Shown: positions 51,021 through 63,800 of the stretch, piece after piece
Position numbering within the stretch: position 1 is the first letter of the stretch
Layout of the letters: every line of letters begins with the position of its first letter
Source of the DNA: Lama glama
Taxonomy: Eukaryota
Assembly (NCBI GenBank): GCA_028534125.1
Contig: CM052817.1
Span: 2,482,001 to 2,546,000, forward strand
Length of the DNA: 64,000 nt
Direction of reading: 5' to 3'
Position numbers and translations under genes: made by a program
Notes under the pieces: model-generated
Database searches by the model: none
The model's input: only the letters and a program-made list of their open reading frames with translations
What the model was told of the DNA's origin: nothing

Positions 51021-51805
51021 AAAGCCCACAAGCGGCGAAGGCCGCAGAGGCTGTGGAGAACAGGGAGCCCTCCTGCACCGCTGGCGGGGACGCAGACTGG
51101 CGCGGCCGCGGTGGAGGATAGTGTGGAGGTTCGGTAAAAAAATAAAATTAGACTTATCCTATGACCCGGCAACCCCACTCCTGGGCATATGTCTAAAGGA
51201 AACTCTAATTTGAAAAGACCACACACACCCCAATGTTCACAGAAGCACTATTTACAATAACCAAGACATGGAGACAACCTAAGTGTCCAACAACAGAGGA
51301 CCGGATAAAGAAGATGTGGTGTATGTGTGTGTATATATATATATAATGGAATACTACTCAGCCATAAAAAGAATAAAATAATGTCATTTGCAGCAACATG
51401 GATGGACCTGAAGATTGTCATACTAAGTGAAGTAAGCCAGAAAGAAAAATACCATATGATATCACTTATATGTGTAATATAAAAAAATAAGACAAATGAA
51501 CTTATTTACAAGACTGAAACAGACTCTCAGACATAGAAAACAAACTTGTGATGATCGGGGGGAAGGGGAGAGTGGAGGGATAAGTTAGGAGCTTGGGATT
51601 AACACATACGCACTACTATATATAAAATAGATAAACAACAAGGACCTATTGTATAGCACAGTGGACTGTATTATCTTGTAATGAGCTATAATGGACAAGA
51701 ATCTGAAAAAAAATACATATGTGTATGTTCAACTTAATCGCTTTGCTGTGCACCTGAAACTAACATTGTAAAATGACTACACTTCAATAAAAAATAAAAT
51801 AAGAA
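51021..51805 (+). mobile_element. Lineage-specific LINE-1 3' end (ORF2 end, 3'UTR, poly(A))
   Basis: aatggaatactactcagccataaaaagaataaaataatg...gcagcaacatggatggacctg, ending cttcaataaaaaataaaataa. The 5' ~110 bp is anomalously GC-rich. Confidence 0.93.
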
Positions 51806-51819
51806 TTTAAAGAACAGTT

Positions 51820-51910
51820 CCTATGTGGAAGTCCTAACCCCCATCACCTCAGAATGTGACTGTTTTTGGAGATCGAGTCTTTCAAGAGGGGATTAAGGTA
51901 AAATGAGTCC
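51820..51910 (+). mobile_element. MLT1 fragment
   Basis: tatgtggaagtcctaacccccatcacctcagaatgtgactgtttttggagat...attaaggtaaaatgag. Confidence 0.8.
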
Positions 51911-52879
51911 CACAGTAGGGGAGGTTGGGAGAGCCCCTGATTCCACCCCAGGAGCACCTCCCCACGCACAAGTGAGCGCGGGTGGCCCCTCCCTGGCTCG
52001 CAGACCTGGCATTTCAGGTCAGCCCCCAGAAACCTGACTGCAGACCCTGAGGACTGCTGCTGCAGGGCCAGCCCAGGGTACCTGAGTGCGCACGGGAGGC
52101 AGGAATCTGGGGAGAAGGCCCGAATTATACCAGCAGTCCTCCAGGGGGTGACTCAGCCCCTGACACATGGCAGGCGCTGGAGCGATGGCCGCTGAGTGAT
52201 CTCTCCTCCAGGTCTTTGCTGGAGCCTTTCCCCTCCCTCCTCATACCCAAACTCCCATCCATGTCCATCTGGCCAGTCCCCCCTCCTCCCTGGGCCTCAG
52301 TGCACCATCACCTCCTCCAGGAAGCCTTCAGTGCTTACAGCTCCCACCAAGTCCCGGTCCAGGTCTCTCCTGTGGGCCCTGGGGTGGGGTTTAAGCCAGA
52401 AGCCCTCACCCTCTGTGCTCCTGAAGCGTCCACCCCAAGGGTCATGGGCAGGAATGGAATCTCTCTGTTCGTGTGGGTGGTGGGACCCAGGTCTGGCTTC
52501 CTGAGCAATGATGGCTCTCCAGTGGGTCAAACCAGCGGTTGGCTTTCTGTGGCCTGCTGGGAGGGGTGGCCTGCTTTATGCTCATTTGTAAATGTCCTCA
52601 TGTCCAGGGTCTGCCAGGCTGTCCCCAGCGGCAGGAAGAGGTAAAGCCTTATGGCCTCACTCCTTCCAGAAAGCGGCTCAGCCAGGCGTGCATCCCCGAA
52701 TCCTGCATCCTGAAGGCCAGGCTGGTGTGATGAGCCCCCCACCCCGGCCAAGCAGCTTCACACACGCCCAGGAGCACCACTCCCACCCAGAGCTGGAGGA
52801 CAGGTATAGGGAGTTGGCCAGAGCCCCCAAAAGGAGGCGTCCATGCCCTAAGCCCACACCCGACAGGCAGCATTATGTG

Positions 52880-53213
52880 CAAGCAGGGTCTTCGCGGGTG
52901 TAATTAGTTAGGGCGAGGTCTTACTAGAATGGGTGGCCCTCAGTCCAATGACCTTATTACAAGAAGAGGGACACGCAGACACACAGGGGGAAGTTGTGTG
53001 ACAACAGGGGCAGAGTGGGGTGATGCACGTACAAACCAAGGATTACTGAGCCACCAGAGCCGGGAGGGGTTCCTCCTCAGCCCCCAGAGGGAACCAGCCC
53101 TGCAGACACTTGATTTCAGACTCTGGCCTCAGACAGGGGAGAGGAGTGTCTGTTGCTTTAGGCCGTCCGGTTGGTGGTTATTGGCTGTAGCAGCCCTAGG
53201 GGACTGGTACACA
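52880..53213 (+). mobile_element. MaLR LTR (MLT1 family)
   Basis: cagggtcttcgcgggtgtaattagttag...agagggaaccagccctgcagacacttgatttcagactctggcctc...gcagccctaggggactggtaca. Confidence 0.88.
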
Positions 53214-53289
53214 GGTAGGACTCAGAGATGTGGCATCGTGGGCCTTCCTCCTAAAAATTAAATAAGCTAATAGACGTAAGAATAACCTA

Positions 53290-53580
53290 CAGTTATTCAT
53301 TCATCCATTCAACAAATAGTAATTGAACACCTATTGTTTATCAGAAATTATTCTAAACTTTGGGATCATGCCAGGGAAACACGTACACACACATACATAC
53401 ACATCACACACATGTACACACACACACACGCACACTCCTGGTCCAGGAATGGTCGATGCCTGCACAGTGAAATAAGAGTTGAGACAGAGGGGGCCTGGGG
53501 GCCTGTGAAAGCCCAGAGAAGACACCTCACCCAGTCTAAGGGCATCAGGGAAGGCTTCCTGGAGGAAGGAACCCTCTCAA
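53290..53580 (-). mobile_element. LINE-2 3' end with (CA)n-like tract
   Basis: ttattcattcatccattcaacaaatagtaattgaacacctat ... catcagggaaggcttcctggaggaagga. Confidence 0.78.
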
Positions 53581-56500
53581 AAAGGCAAACATTTAGTTGA
53601 CACAGAAGCACTGCCCTCAAAACAACTCTCCAGTCCAGATGTAGGAAAATGAGCCAGAAACGGGCCACTATTGGAAGAGGATGGATGGCTTACTTCGTCT
53701 GGTTCTCTCTTGATTAAAACAACAGCCTGCCCAGCAGTCTCTCCGGACCCCAGCGTTCCTGCCCGACACTCAGCCCCGAGGTGGGGGCCCGCGGCCGGGC
53801 TGCAGAGCTGCCTCCGGGCTGCCGCCCTCCGTGCCGGCCGCCGTGTGGCCTGCAGACCAGACCCCCTGGGCTGTCTGACTGTCAGCTCTCACTGGCCAAT
53901 TTCAGACATAGGGAACGGTTGCGGGAAAACTACGAAGAATGCCTGTGTGCCCTTCACTCAGATTCCCCAAATGTTAACACTTGTCACGTTGCTTTATCTG
54001 CCCTCTTCCTCTTCCTCCCTCTCTCCTCTCTCACACACCTGCACACGCGCTTCCTGCGCTGCCCGCGTCCATGTGTGTAGTGACCACGACACCTGATGGA
54101 CCGCTGGGAGAGGGGAGCGCGGGGTGGGCCGAGGGGGCATGGCTTCACCCTGAGCCTCCCGCGAGAGGCGCTGCCCAGGACAGGGGGGCCTCTGGCTGCA
54201 GCGGCAGCTGCGGGAGCCCGTGTGTAATCTGGGATCTCCCCAGGGCAGATGTCAGGTCTTTTAGTCATTCAACACACATCGGGCCTGCTCTGAGCCAGCA
54301 GGGGCCCCGCGCCTCATGCTGCTGACAGTGACAGTGACAACAGCAGTACTTAAGCTAGTGCTGTTAGGCCCAGGGAACACATCTACACTGACCTCTCACC
54401 CACGCTGTGAGGGACACTGAGTTCAGAGAGGAGTGAGTGGGCTGTAGGGGGAGAGTGACCTCCCAAGTCATGTGGCCGGAGGTGACAGGCCGGGTCTAAC
54501 TCAGGCTGCCCGGCTCTAACATCTGTGCTGGCGGCCACTGCACAGAGCACCTCAGCTGCAGTGAGCGCCACTGCAGCCGTGCACATGCACCCCGCAGCAG
54601 CGCTGCGCCCTCCCGTCCCACGCCACGTCCTCAGGTCGGGGTTGGGGGGGGTCGCGTGCACGCACAGATAGGACATAGAGCCTAGGGGCTGCCTTGGGCA
54701 TCCCACGCCTGCCAGCGGGTCCTGCAGACCAGGTCTCCCCCTCTGGCCGAGGCACAGGAGCAGTGCGTGTCCCCAGGCCGTCCTGCAGCTGTGCCCTGCA
54801 CCCCCATCCTGCCACATCGAGGCCAGGGCCCCGCCATCCCATACCGCCTCCCCCTGCTTTGTGCCAGAGAAAGCTGACTTTTAAGGTCCATTTCTTAAAT
54901 TGAGAAAAGCAACCAAAATAAAACAGAAGAGAAGGGAAGGGGTGGAGGAGAGGAGGGGGTGGCAGGGAAAGGTGATGTTGGGGCCATTTAGGGGCACCAT
55001 TCCAGGCCTCCAGCCTCCCCCAGGGTCTCCAACAACACCCAGGGAAGGCCTGCGTTCCAGAAGGCTGACGGTGGTCCGGCGAGGCCGGTCGGTGACCAGA
55101 GCCCTGGGTCTGGTCCCCCGGAGGGGACCTTTCAAGGGTTTCCGCTGTCTGGTCTGCATCCCGAGTGGGTGGCATTGGGCGGACCTGCGTGTCTGGGGCG
55201 CACGGGGATGGATCACAGCGCTGCTGGGTGGCTCCCAGGGAGCCGGGACTCACTCCGTCCGCCCCGGGGCAGCGACGAGAGGTGGCTTTGAAAGGGAAGT
55301 GGTGTCCGGCGCAGCGGCTGTGGGGGAGGGCAGGGGTCCTGGGAACACTTAGGCCCTTATCCCTGATCAAAGCGGCGAGGTGCCGCCCGACAGGCGAGGT
55401 GTGGCCCCACCTGGCTCTCATTAGGCGCAGGCGGCCGGGCTCGGCGGGGCCTGCTCTTGCTCACAGACCCTCCGAGACAGGGCTCCGCCAGCCTGCCCTT
55501 CCACCACACCTGGCGGCCGAACAGCGGGCCATGCCGGGCACTCGGGCCACAGGGAGTCCAGCTGCAAGTCCGCCGGCCGGCCCTGCCTCCCCCTGTGCCC
55601 TCACCCAGCCCGCAGCCCCCTCCTGGCTCTGGCCTTAGTGCCCACATGCTGTCCTTCCCCAGGGAGACCCCTCCTACTCCACCCCTGCCCGTCCCCTGGC
55701 CGGCTTCTCCCTTCTCCTCCGGGCCACCCCTGGTCACTCCTGCGGAGTCTGCAGGGCCTAAATCAAGGCTCCTGCGTGGCCTGGCTGCAGGTCCCCTCCC
55801 TATCCTGCTCCCTCCTCATCTTGGGGGCCAGGCGCCCCACCTGCTTCCCCTGAGAAGAAGGCTTCTGTTCCCCGCTTGCCCATCACATCCCCGAGGGACC
55901 CAGGGTCACCCCACCCTCTGGGTCCTCCACAGCCCCTCCTACAGCCCCTCCTACAGCCCAGCTGGGCCTCTCTGCTCCCAGCCTGCCCTGGGCACGTGCA
56001 GTGTCCCTCGGGCTAAGTTTATATCCCAGGAAAGCTCTGTCAGACACATGTGCCCAGTGTGGGGGATTGGGTGTCCCCCAGGGCAGGGAAGCCCCTCCAA
56101 CAAGAGGAGGCGTTTAAACCCCGCCCTGAGCTCTTCTGTTCCCTCCAGGCCCAGCTTCTGGATCTTTCCATGGTCCAAGATTGGCCCACAGCCATCACCC
56201 CTAGACTGCAGTAGGGATGTGGCGGGGAGCACTGGACCGGGAGTCAGGAGGCTGCGACTCCAGTCCTGGCTTTGTTCTCTCCCCTCCTGGTCTCTGCTCA
56301 CCCTTCTGGAAGGACCCGGCTCACTGCACCCTGGGCGGGTTCCTCACTTTCTCACCCTCAGAGCTGGGATGGACGTAGCAGAACTCAAGGGCACAGCGCA
56401 GGATTGTCGCACCACCTCTCCTCCCCGCTCCCTGCGAGGTGTCATCCCTGTGCTTGCACTCTCCCCTTGGCGTGGCCCCAGAGAGGCCCCCCATGGCTTG

Positions 56501-57769
56501 CACTGGAGTCACAGAGACCCTACCCCTGCTGCAGAGCACCCCCTGATGTGTGGGGGCGCCCTGGGAGGCTCTCTGCAGTCCATGCCCGTGGGACCTGCCA
56601 GGGCTCTCCATGCACCTCCACCCCTCCGCAGCCTCAGTTTCTGCCTCTGTGAAGTGTGTGTCATCAGTCCTGCTCAGCCCAATCTCTGTGCCTGGGGATA
56701 AGAAAGTGGAAGGTCAGAGGAACTGGGGACACGTCCAACCCCAAGGCAGAGCCAGCGCCATATGTCGGCGCCTCAGTGCCCGGAGGGCTGATCTGGGGGT
56801 AGTGGTCTGGCCTGGGGGCCCTGGCTCAGGACACGGGCTGAGTGTGCCCGTCTCCTGTCCAACTGTCCTCTGCCCACACTGCCCCACGGGCTCAAGACCA
56901 GCCCAAAGGGGCCCCAGCAGTCACTGCCCCTCAGCATCCTTCCTCCGAGTCCTTCTCCACGAGAGTCAGCTTTTTAACTCAAGTTGGGTGGCCCCCAGAA
57001 TCCGGGGTACAGTCAGTGGAAAAGTGCGGCCTCCTCATTTACAAAGAGAGGAGCGGTGGGTGGGCGTCCCTGAGCCCAGGACCTATGCTTACCGGAGGAG
57101 GGGTCTGCCCGGTGCCAGGTGGCTGGCGCACTGGAGGGGCGCCTGAAGCTGCTGGTTGACCAGCTTGGCTCCTGTTTCCTGCAAGTGACCATATCAACGC
57201 TGTTCCATCTGCAGTGGGCTCAGCGCATCCCCAGCGCCCTCTCCTCCAAGAATCCTGGATAATCGTCACCCCCAGGTGACACTGAGCAAATGCAGACACA
57301 TCATTCCCTCACATTTTCTGGGGGGGGGCGGTTCTGGTGTGGGACACTCAGCTGGGTCCGAGAGAAGATGGGTCAGCCAAGGCCACACGTCCCCCACGAG
57401 GACAGACTCGGCCCACATCCCTTCCCCCAGGTACACTTACAGAAGCCAGAAGAGGGAAAACCACCACCATCCGTCGATGTTTCTGCAAATATGGATTTTA
57501 GTGTTTCCTTCCAGACTTTTTCCCTACATGTGAGTTTTTACAGTGACGCCATCATACATGCACAGCTTGTAACCTGTCCACCAGTTTCCCTATTGTTTTT
57601 AGTGCCTCATAGATGTAATTTTGGAATGGTTGAATGATGCTCTGAAATATGAGCTATTTCCAATTGTTTTCACTGTTATGACAAATATTCTAATCATATT
57701 TTTGATTATAATCTTAAGCTGGACTTCTCCAGGGCAGTTATGGGTCAGTTTTGTGACCTTGAAAAAAAT

Positions 57770-58450
57770 GAGAAGTAAGTAATCAACGATAAAACAGTCA
57801 CCCCCCCAAAAAATCACCCAGATCATTGACCAAGCCGTTCTATTTTCTTTATAAGAATCTAGAAGAAGCCCCAAAGCAGTGATCACGTGCCATAAAATAT
57901 CAAGTAAATCAGTGCTTTTCAATCACCTCTCATTTAAGTTTCTTGACCGTCTAGTTTCAAGACAGCACAAGGCAATATTAACATTTTATGAAAGACCCGA
58001 ATTAGCACAAGCCTGTCTGTTAAGCCTCTCTCACATGCAGCGGGTGTCAAGAAATTGGAGCAAGTGTTTAGCATTAGGAGGAGTCAGAGCTACGGGAGAA
58101 GTTCATACGTTATGATTTATGCATCTGTCATTCCAATCATCTTAAATAAGAAAAATGCTGCTTTTCAATTGCCACCGAGAAGTATCTGGTCTCTTTTAGA
58201 TGAAGATTAACCACACGGAGTGACGGCTCAGCTCTGCAGGCAAAGCTAACACTTTTCTTATTATGTACCTGATAATTCAGACAAGATTTAATCAAGCAAT
58301 CCGTTCCTAATACCCATTTGGTATTAGCTTTCTGTTTCGAATTTGCCTCTATTCATGTAATATCCAGGAAGATTGTCTCTGTTAAATGTTTTTAAGTTCC
58401 ACATTTTCAACTTTTATGTAAGATATAATCCAATAAGTTAAACCAGTGGA
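57770..58450. promoter_or_regulatory. Candidate conserved developmental enhancer (PBX-HOX / MEIS motif cluster)
   Basis: Unique, AT-rich block with GCCATAAAA (57889), GTAAATCA (57904), CAAGTG (58061), and TGATTTAT (58113) followed by CTGTCA (58125). Conservation not testable here. Confidence 0.55.
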
Positions 58451-58499
58451 AACTGGTAGAAGTATCAGGTTTTTTTCCAGTAGGTTAGGAGATGCACTT

Positions 58500-58720
58500 T
58501 TATATATTTATATATATACACACACACACATAATATATGTATATATAAAATAATATATAATATATGCATATATAAAATAATACATGTAACATATGTATAT
58601 AATTAATAATATACCTATGCATGTAAATAACATATAACTAATACATATGTATAACAAATTTATTAAATATATATATTTTATATACATTTATTAATATGAT
58701 TTTATTATTATATTTTATGT
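58500..58720. repeat. AT-rich low-complexity (TA)n-derived tract
   Basis: Directly visible. Confidence 0.9.
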
Positions 58721-61516
58721 GATGGTAGATTTGGGTCGTAAAATTTTGTTTTGAATACTCATGAATTTCTCTAGATCTTGTGAAACAAAACACATTTCCA
58801 TTCAGATGTGTAAAAATGTTTGCAGTTTAAATTTAACTGTTTTTAATTATTAAATATGCTGGATAATTATTGCTCCAGCCTTGCTTTGGGCCAGGTCCTG
58901 GCTGAACACAATTCTCAGACACGAATGAAGCAGGTCTGTGTCTCCGCGTGCTCACGGCTGGTGGCCGGGTGCCAGAGGGCGGGGTCACAGCAGCCCGGTG
59001 TGGCAGTGTGCTGGGGACCCAGCCAGCCCTGCGGAGGCGGGCCAGGCCTGAGTCTGCTCTGGCCTTCGGAGGCTGGGACCCCACGGGCTGGTTCCCCAGG
59101 GGAAGGGGTTTGCTGGGTGTGGTCACTGCAGTGTGAATTTCCATTTCAGAAAAGTGCTTGAACTGCTTCTCGGGCTCCATTATTGAATCGTCATTTTTGA
59201 AGCATCTATAATCATTCATCGATTTATTCAGTAATTATTTATTGAGTGTCTGCCTCATGCCAGGCACAACGCCACTTTGGGTCCTTGAGTTCTGGAACGT
59301 CTATGGAATTTAAAGGAAGGGTTTTTTTCTTTTTTTTTTTTAATGCAGTAGATATTAACTTGCTTTCTAAACCACTTTGAATCAGTTGAGTTAATTATGT
59401 ACCCATCAGACCCTTCCTGGTGTTATTCATCTATTCAAAATATTTGTCAAGTGACAGATATTAATAAAAATAAGGAACTGCTTCATGGCTGTTACTCCCT
59501 AACACGTCTGTGTGTCTAGACACAATCTCTGGGTCTGACTTTCCAAGCTGGAAGCCTTGGAGAGGGTCCTTCTTGGAAATCTCCCAGCGACAAAGACAAA
59601 TGAGGGGCTGACTTTTATGGACAATGAATATTCAGTACATCCGGCCCATGTGCAGCCTGCCTTGAACACCCCAAGAGATATGGGACACCTCTGGATGTTT
59701 TAAAACGTTTTTTTCCTCCTGAAGTTTTTATAAAAGCTGGAGCCACTGAAACAGAGTAATATCTTAGTCCAACTGGCTGCAGAGATGGCGTATGAGACAT
59801 TCCTGTGGCATTTCCAGCGGCATTCAAGCCAAGGGGATCCCAGGGTGAAAAGGAGACCACTATTATTTACGGGGTCTGTGGACTCAGGCTCGGGGAAAAC
59901 TCATTTCCAGCCTTTTTTGCCTGACCTAACAGCAACGTCTGTTGCCATTGCCAACGCCCCCCTGCCCAGCGCTCTATTCCCATTCACCAATATTTTGTTC
60001 AAATTTTCTATTCCCTAATTTGTGTTGACCTGGAGGCCAACTCGAATGACTTTTGAAGCCGTCTAGTGACACTGTTTCTCAAGTGTTGGGGTTCAGGTAT
60101 TGCCAAGTTTGATGGGAACACCAATTATTCCTGATTATTACCCTGGTCATCATATTGATCTTGAGGGAATCCCATATGTTGGGTGCTTTTTCCTAGGAGA
60201 ACAGAGAAGGGAGGCCGAGTAGGAGATGTGGAGGTGGCGGGGGTCAGAGGGTGCTGTAGGGGAGGACACTGGTGTAGGAGTTCCAAGTGTAGAATGGCAT
60301 TTTCTAGCCTTGCTACTGTGGATGAATCCCCTCATCTGTTTAAATCTTAGTTTCCTCATCTAAGAATGGGGGAAAAGTCATACTGGTTCAGTACATCTTA
60401 CAGGAGTATTATGATGTTCGAACAAAATGGTGGCTGTGAAAGTCCTCTGAAAGCAGTGACTACTACAAAGTGCGGGGGACGGCCGCTGCTTACTCACCAT
60501 CTCTCCTTGATTGATTGAGCCCCGACTGTGTGCCAAATTGGGCCAAGAGGTACATGGCATTTTCCAGAGGGAAAAAGGAATGTCAAGTTTAGGGAAAAGT
60601 GGATCCGTTGGGATTTTCACTTCCAGCCATGATGGATGAACTGGTCCTTGTGGTGTGAAACTACAGGGCTGACCATGACATCCCTGCCCGGGCATTGGAC
60701 AGCAGGCAGAGCAGCTTGGTGGCTCCTGAGGGGAGGGTAGCAGAGGAGGGTTTCACACCTGTCACTCAGTAACTGAACACGGAGACAGAAACTCAGTAAG
60801 ATGCAGATGATCCAAACAACATCACAGCCCCCTGACCTCACTGACACTATGGACCGCTATGCCGATGTCTGGGAGGTTCTTTCGCCATGGGACGTTGGTC
60901 AAGACAGACCACTTCTGGGATTAAAAAGTAAATCTCCATAAACTTCAGAAGACTGAAACTTCAGAGTGCATTCTCTGACCATAGGAGAAATAAATGAGAA
61001 ATCAATACAGATAAGACATCTAGAAAGTCCCCCAGGATCTGGAAATTAACAGATTTCTCCCATGGGTCAAGGAATAATTCACCAGGAAAATTAGAAAACA
61101 TTTTAACCTGAATGATCATGGAAACATATCATCTCAGAATTTGTGAGACATAGCAAAAAATGTTTTCCAGGGAATTTATTTCTTTACCTACATCAGAGGG
61201 GGAAAGTGGCTTAAAATCAGTGATCGAAGCTTACAGTAAGAAGCAAAAAAAGGAGACAAGTAAACTCAAAGTAAGCAAAAAGAGGGATGAAATAAAAAAC
61301 AGAAATAATGAAATAGAAACTAAACAGAAAATTCATACAGCCAAAAACTTGTTCTCTAAAATTATTAATTTAATAAACTTTGAGAAAGGTCAATAAAGAA
61401 AAAAAAAAGAAAGCACATAATTTACCAACATAAAAAATGAAAATAAGATTTACAGATCCTACAGTCACTACGAAGAAACTAAGGAACTATCATAAACAAC
61501 CTAAATAAGATGGTGG

Positions 61517-61667
61517 ATTCAGGATCTGTGGTGGCTACAGTGAAAAAAAAATGTGGCAATGAATATATGTGTGTTCATGTATAACTGAAAAATTGTGCTC
61601 TACACTGGAATTTGACACAACATTGTAAAATGACTATAACTCAACAAAAAATATAAAAATTTTAAAA
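61517..61667 (+). mobile_element. Short lineage-specific L1 3' tail nested in an L1MC-type 3' end
   Basis: Perfect 14-bp TSD aaataagatggtgg (61503-61516 / 61668-61681). Body ends cacaacattgtaaaatgactataactcaac+A. Confidence 0.85.
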
Positions 61668-62752
61668 AAATAAGATGGTGGGAGGAAACTTCTGGAGGTG
61701 ATGGCATGGATTGTGCTGGAAGTTTCACCAGCGTATATCTCCAAATTCATCAAAGGTATACATTAATTAAATACAGCTTTTTGTCTGTCAATTTTTTTAA
61801 ATAAAGCAAAAACTCAACCATATGTCCCATAAACATGATAACTTAGATAAATGGGCAGATTCCTTGAAACTTGTAAGTTATCAAACTGACTCAAGAAGAA
61901 ATAGAAATTCTGAATATCTCTATAACTATCAAAAACACCCACTTTTTGTAATACCAAATACCTTTCTATAAACAAAATTCCAGGTCTGAATGGCTTCACT
62001 GATGCATTCTGTAAAACTTACAAGAAAGAAATATCAATATAACATGAATTCCTTCAGAAAATAAGAGGAGAAGGAAGGAATCTTTAAATTTTTTTTTCTC
62101 TTTTGAGGCCAGCATTACCCTGATACCAAAACCAGACAAAGAAATTATGAGAAAAGAAAACCAGACCAGTACCTTCTATGAACATGAACCAGAACGTATC
62201 TTTCCCAGAACAATATCTTTCATGATACTCAATAAAATATTAACAAATTGAATTCAACAATACATAAGAAGACCAACAGGATTTATCCCAGGAATGCAAG
62301 GTTGGCTCAAGATTTGAAAATCAATCAAATGAAAAAAAGACATACATGTTGGAAAGGAAGAAATAAGCTGTATTTGCAGTAGCATGTCTGTCTATATAGA
62401 AAATCATAAGAAATCTTCAAAAGTCTGCTAGACTTAATAACTGAATTATACAAGGTTGGACGATACAAGGTCAATGTACCAAAATCAATAATATTTCTCC
62501 AAACTAGCAATGGCTTGGAAGTTGCCCCCTTTTTTTTTCAAAACTGGAAATTAAAAAAAAAAGCTTGGAGTAATATAAAGAAGTTAGGTGTAAATTTCAT
62601 GAATGTTTATAAGACTTCTACATAAAGACTCAAAACATTTCTGGGTGCAATTACAGAAGATCTACATAAATGAAGAGATATACAGTGTTCATGGATTGGA
62701 AGGTTCAATGTTGTTGAGATGACTCTTTTCCACCAATTGATTCCACCAGTTG

Positions 62753-62966
62753 AACGGGTTGGCAAACTATAACCCTCTAGCTGGCTGCCTGCTTTTGCAA
62801 ATAAACTTTTATTGGCACATAGCCATGCCCAGTAGTTTATGTAATGTCTATGGATATTTTGAACTTCAATGGCAGAGCTGACTGCTTGTAATAAAGACTG
62901 TCTGGTCCTCAAAGCCTAAATAAAGTGTTTACTCTCAGGCCCTTTAAGACAATTTGCCCACCCCTG
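62753..62966 (+). mobile_element. MER58A-like hAT-Charlie MITE
   Basis: Terminal inverted repeats gggttggcaaac ... atttgcccacccctg. Internal ttttgcaaataaacttttattggcacatagccatgccc. Confidence 0.88.
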
Positions 62967-63039
62967 AGCTATAGGTTTAGTGTAATCCCAATCAAAATGC
63001 CAAACTTTTTTGTTTATTGTAGTATTGGTTCTACTTTGT

Positions 63040-63800
63040 CAGGGTTTGTAACACTCATGATTTCTACCATGATCCTAATATACCTATTTATTGAGTGAAT
63101 CAATGCTTACCTTCAACCTTTTGTTTAACTACAACTTTTCTAATCCTGAGATTTTTTAAATTTTATTCATATTTTATCAAATTACTTTTCCAAAATGGTG
63201 TATTTCCCATGAGAAGGGTCCTAAATGCCCTGTTTTCTGGATTCTTGCATGCTTGCACGTTGACATTGCCTATTTTTGCCTTTGCCCCCAGGGGCCACCC
63301 TGGCTGGGTGTGGAGTCCCTGGGTTGCATTTCTTTCTTTAGCTCCTTTTATCTTCAGTTGGCTGGACTTGGTCATGAAGTATTTTTTTCCAAGAGGGACT
63401 TTCGGCTGCTATTTGCCGTGAACAATCTCGTGCTTGAGAATCTCAGCTGGATGCCTTATCCTTGGGCTGCTTTTTTAAAATCTTACTTTTTCCTCCACAA
63501 GCTCTTTCATCCAGAAATATTTTTGTGGCATTGAAGGATGCTGCAGTCATTTGATAACAGTTTTGCCTGCCTGATCTAAGCATGCCCCTTTATCCTCCAA
63601 GTTCAATAATTTGACCAGGAGCACGTCAGTGTGGCCCACTGGCCATCACCTTGCCCTGGAAAATGATCAGCTGCTCAGTTTGCAAGTTTGCCTTTTCCTC
63701 CTTCCAGGGAAGGTTTCTCCTGTATGATCTCATGATCTTACAATCACGTGTCTAATTTCTGTTCCATCTCAGGGGTCACCTCCTCAGGGTCACCAGCTGG
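63040..63800 (-). mobile_element. Very old L1 fragment
   Basis: T-rich and highly degenerate, resembling the 41400-41900 segment. Boundaries uncertain. Confidence 0.45.

Larger units (their letters stand above)
60800..63000 (+). mobile_element. Ancient LINE-1 ORF2 remnant with nested inserts
   Basis: A-rich strand with cattctctgaccata, ccaggtctgaatggcttcactgatgcattct, gaggccagcattaccctgataccaaaaccagacaaaga, atttatcccaggaatgcaaggttgg, gttcatggattggaagg. Confidence 0.88.

Noticed and set aside
51021..51140. ADAR or APOBEC hyper-editing
   Set aside because: Changes include both A->G and T->C on one strand plus some transversions to G/C. APOBEC would reduce GC.
55457..56701. 414-aa ORF on the plus strand
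   Set aside because: Low-complexity Pro/Leu/Ser composition, non-ATG start and no recognisable domain.
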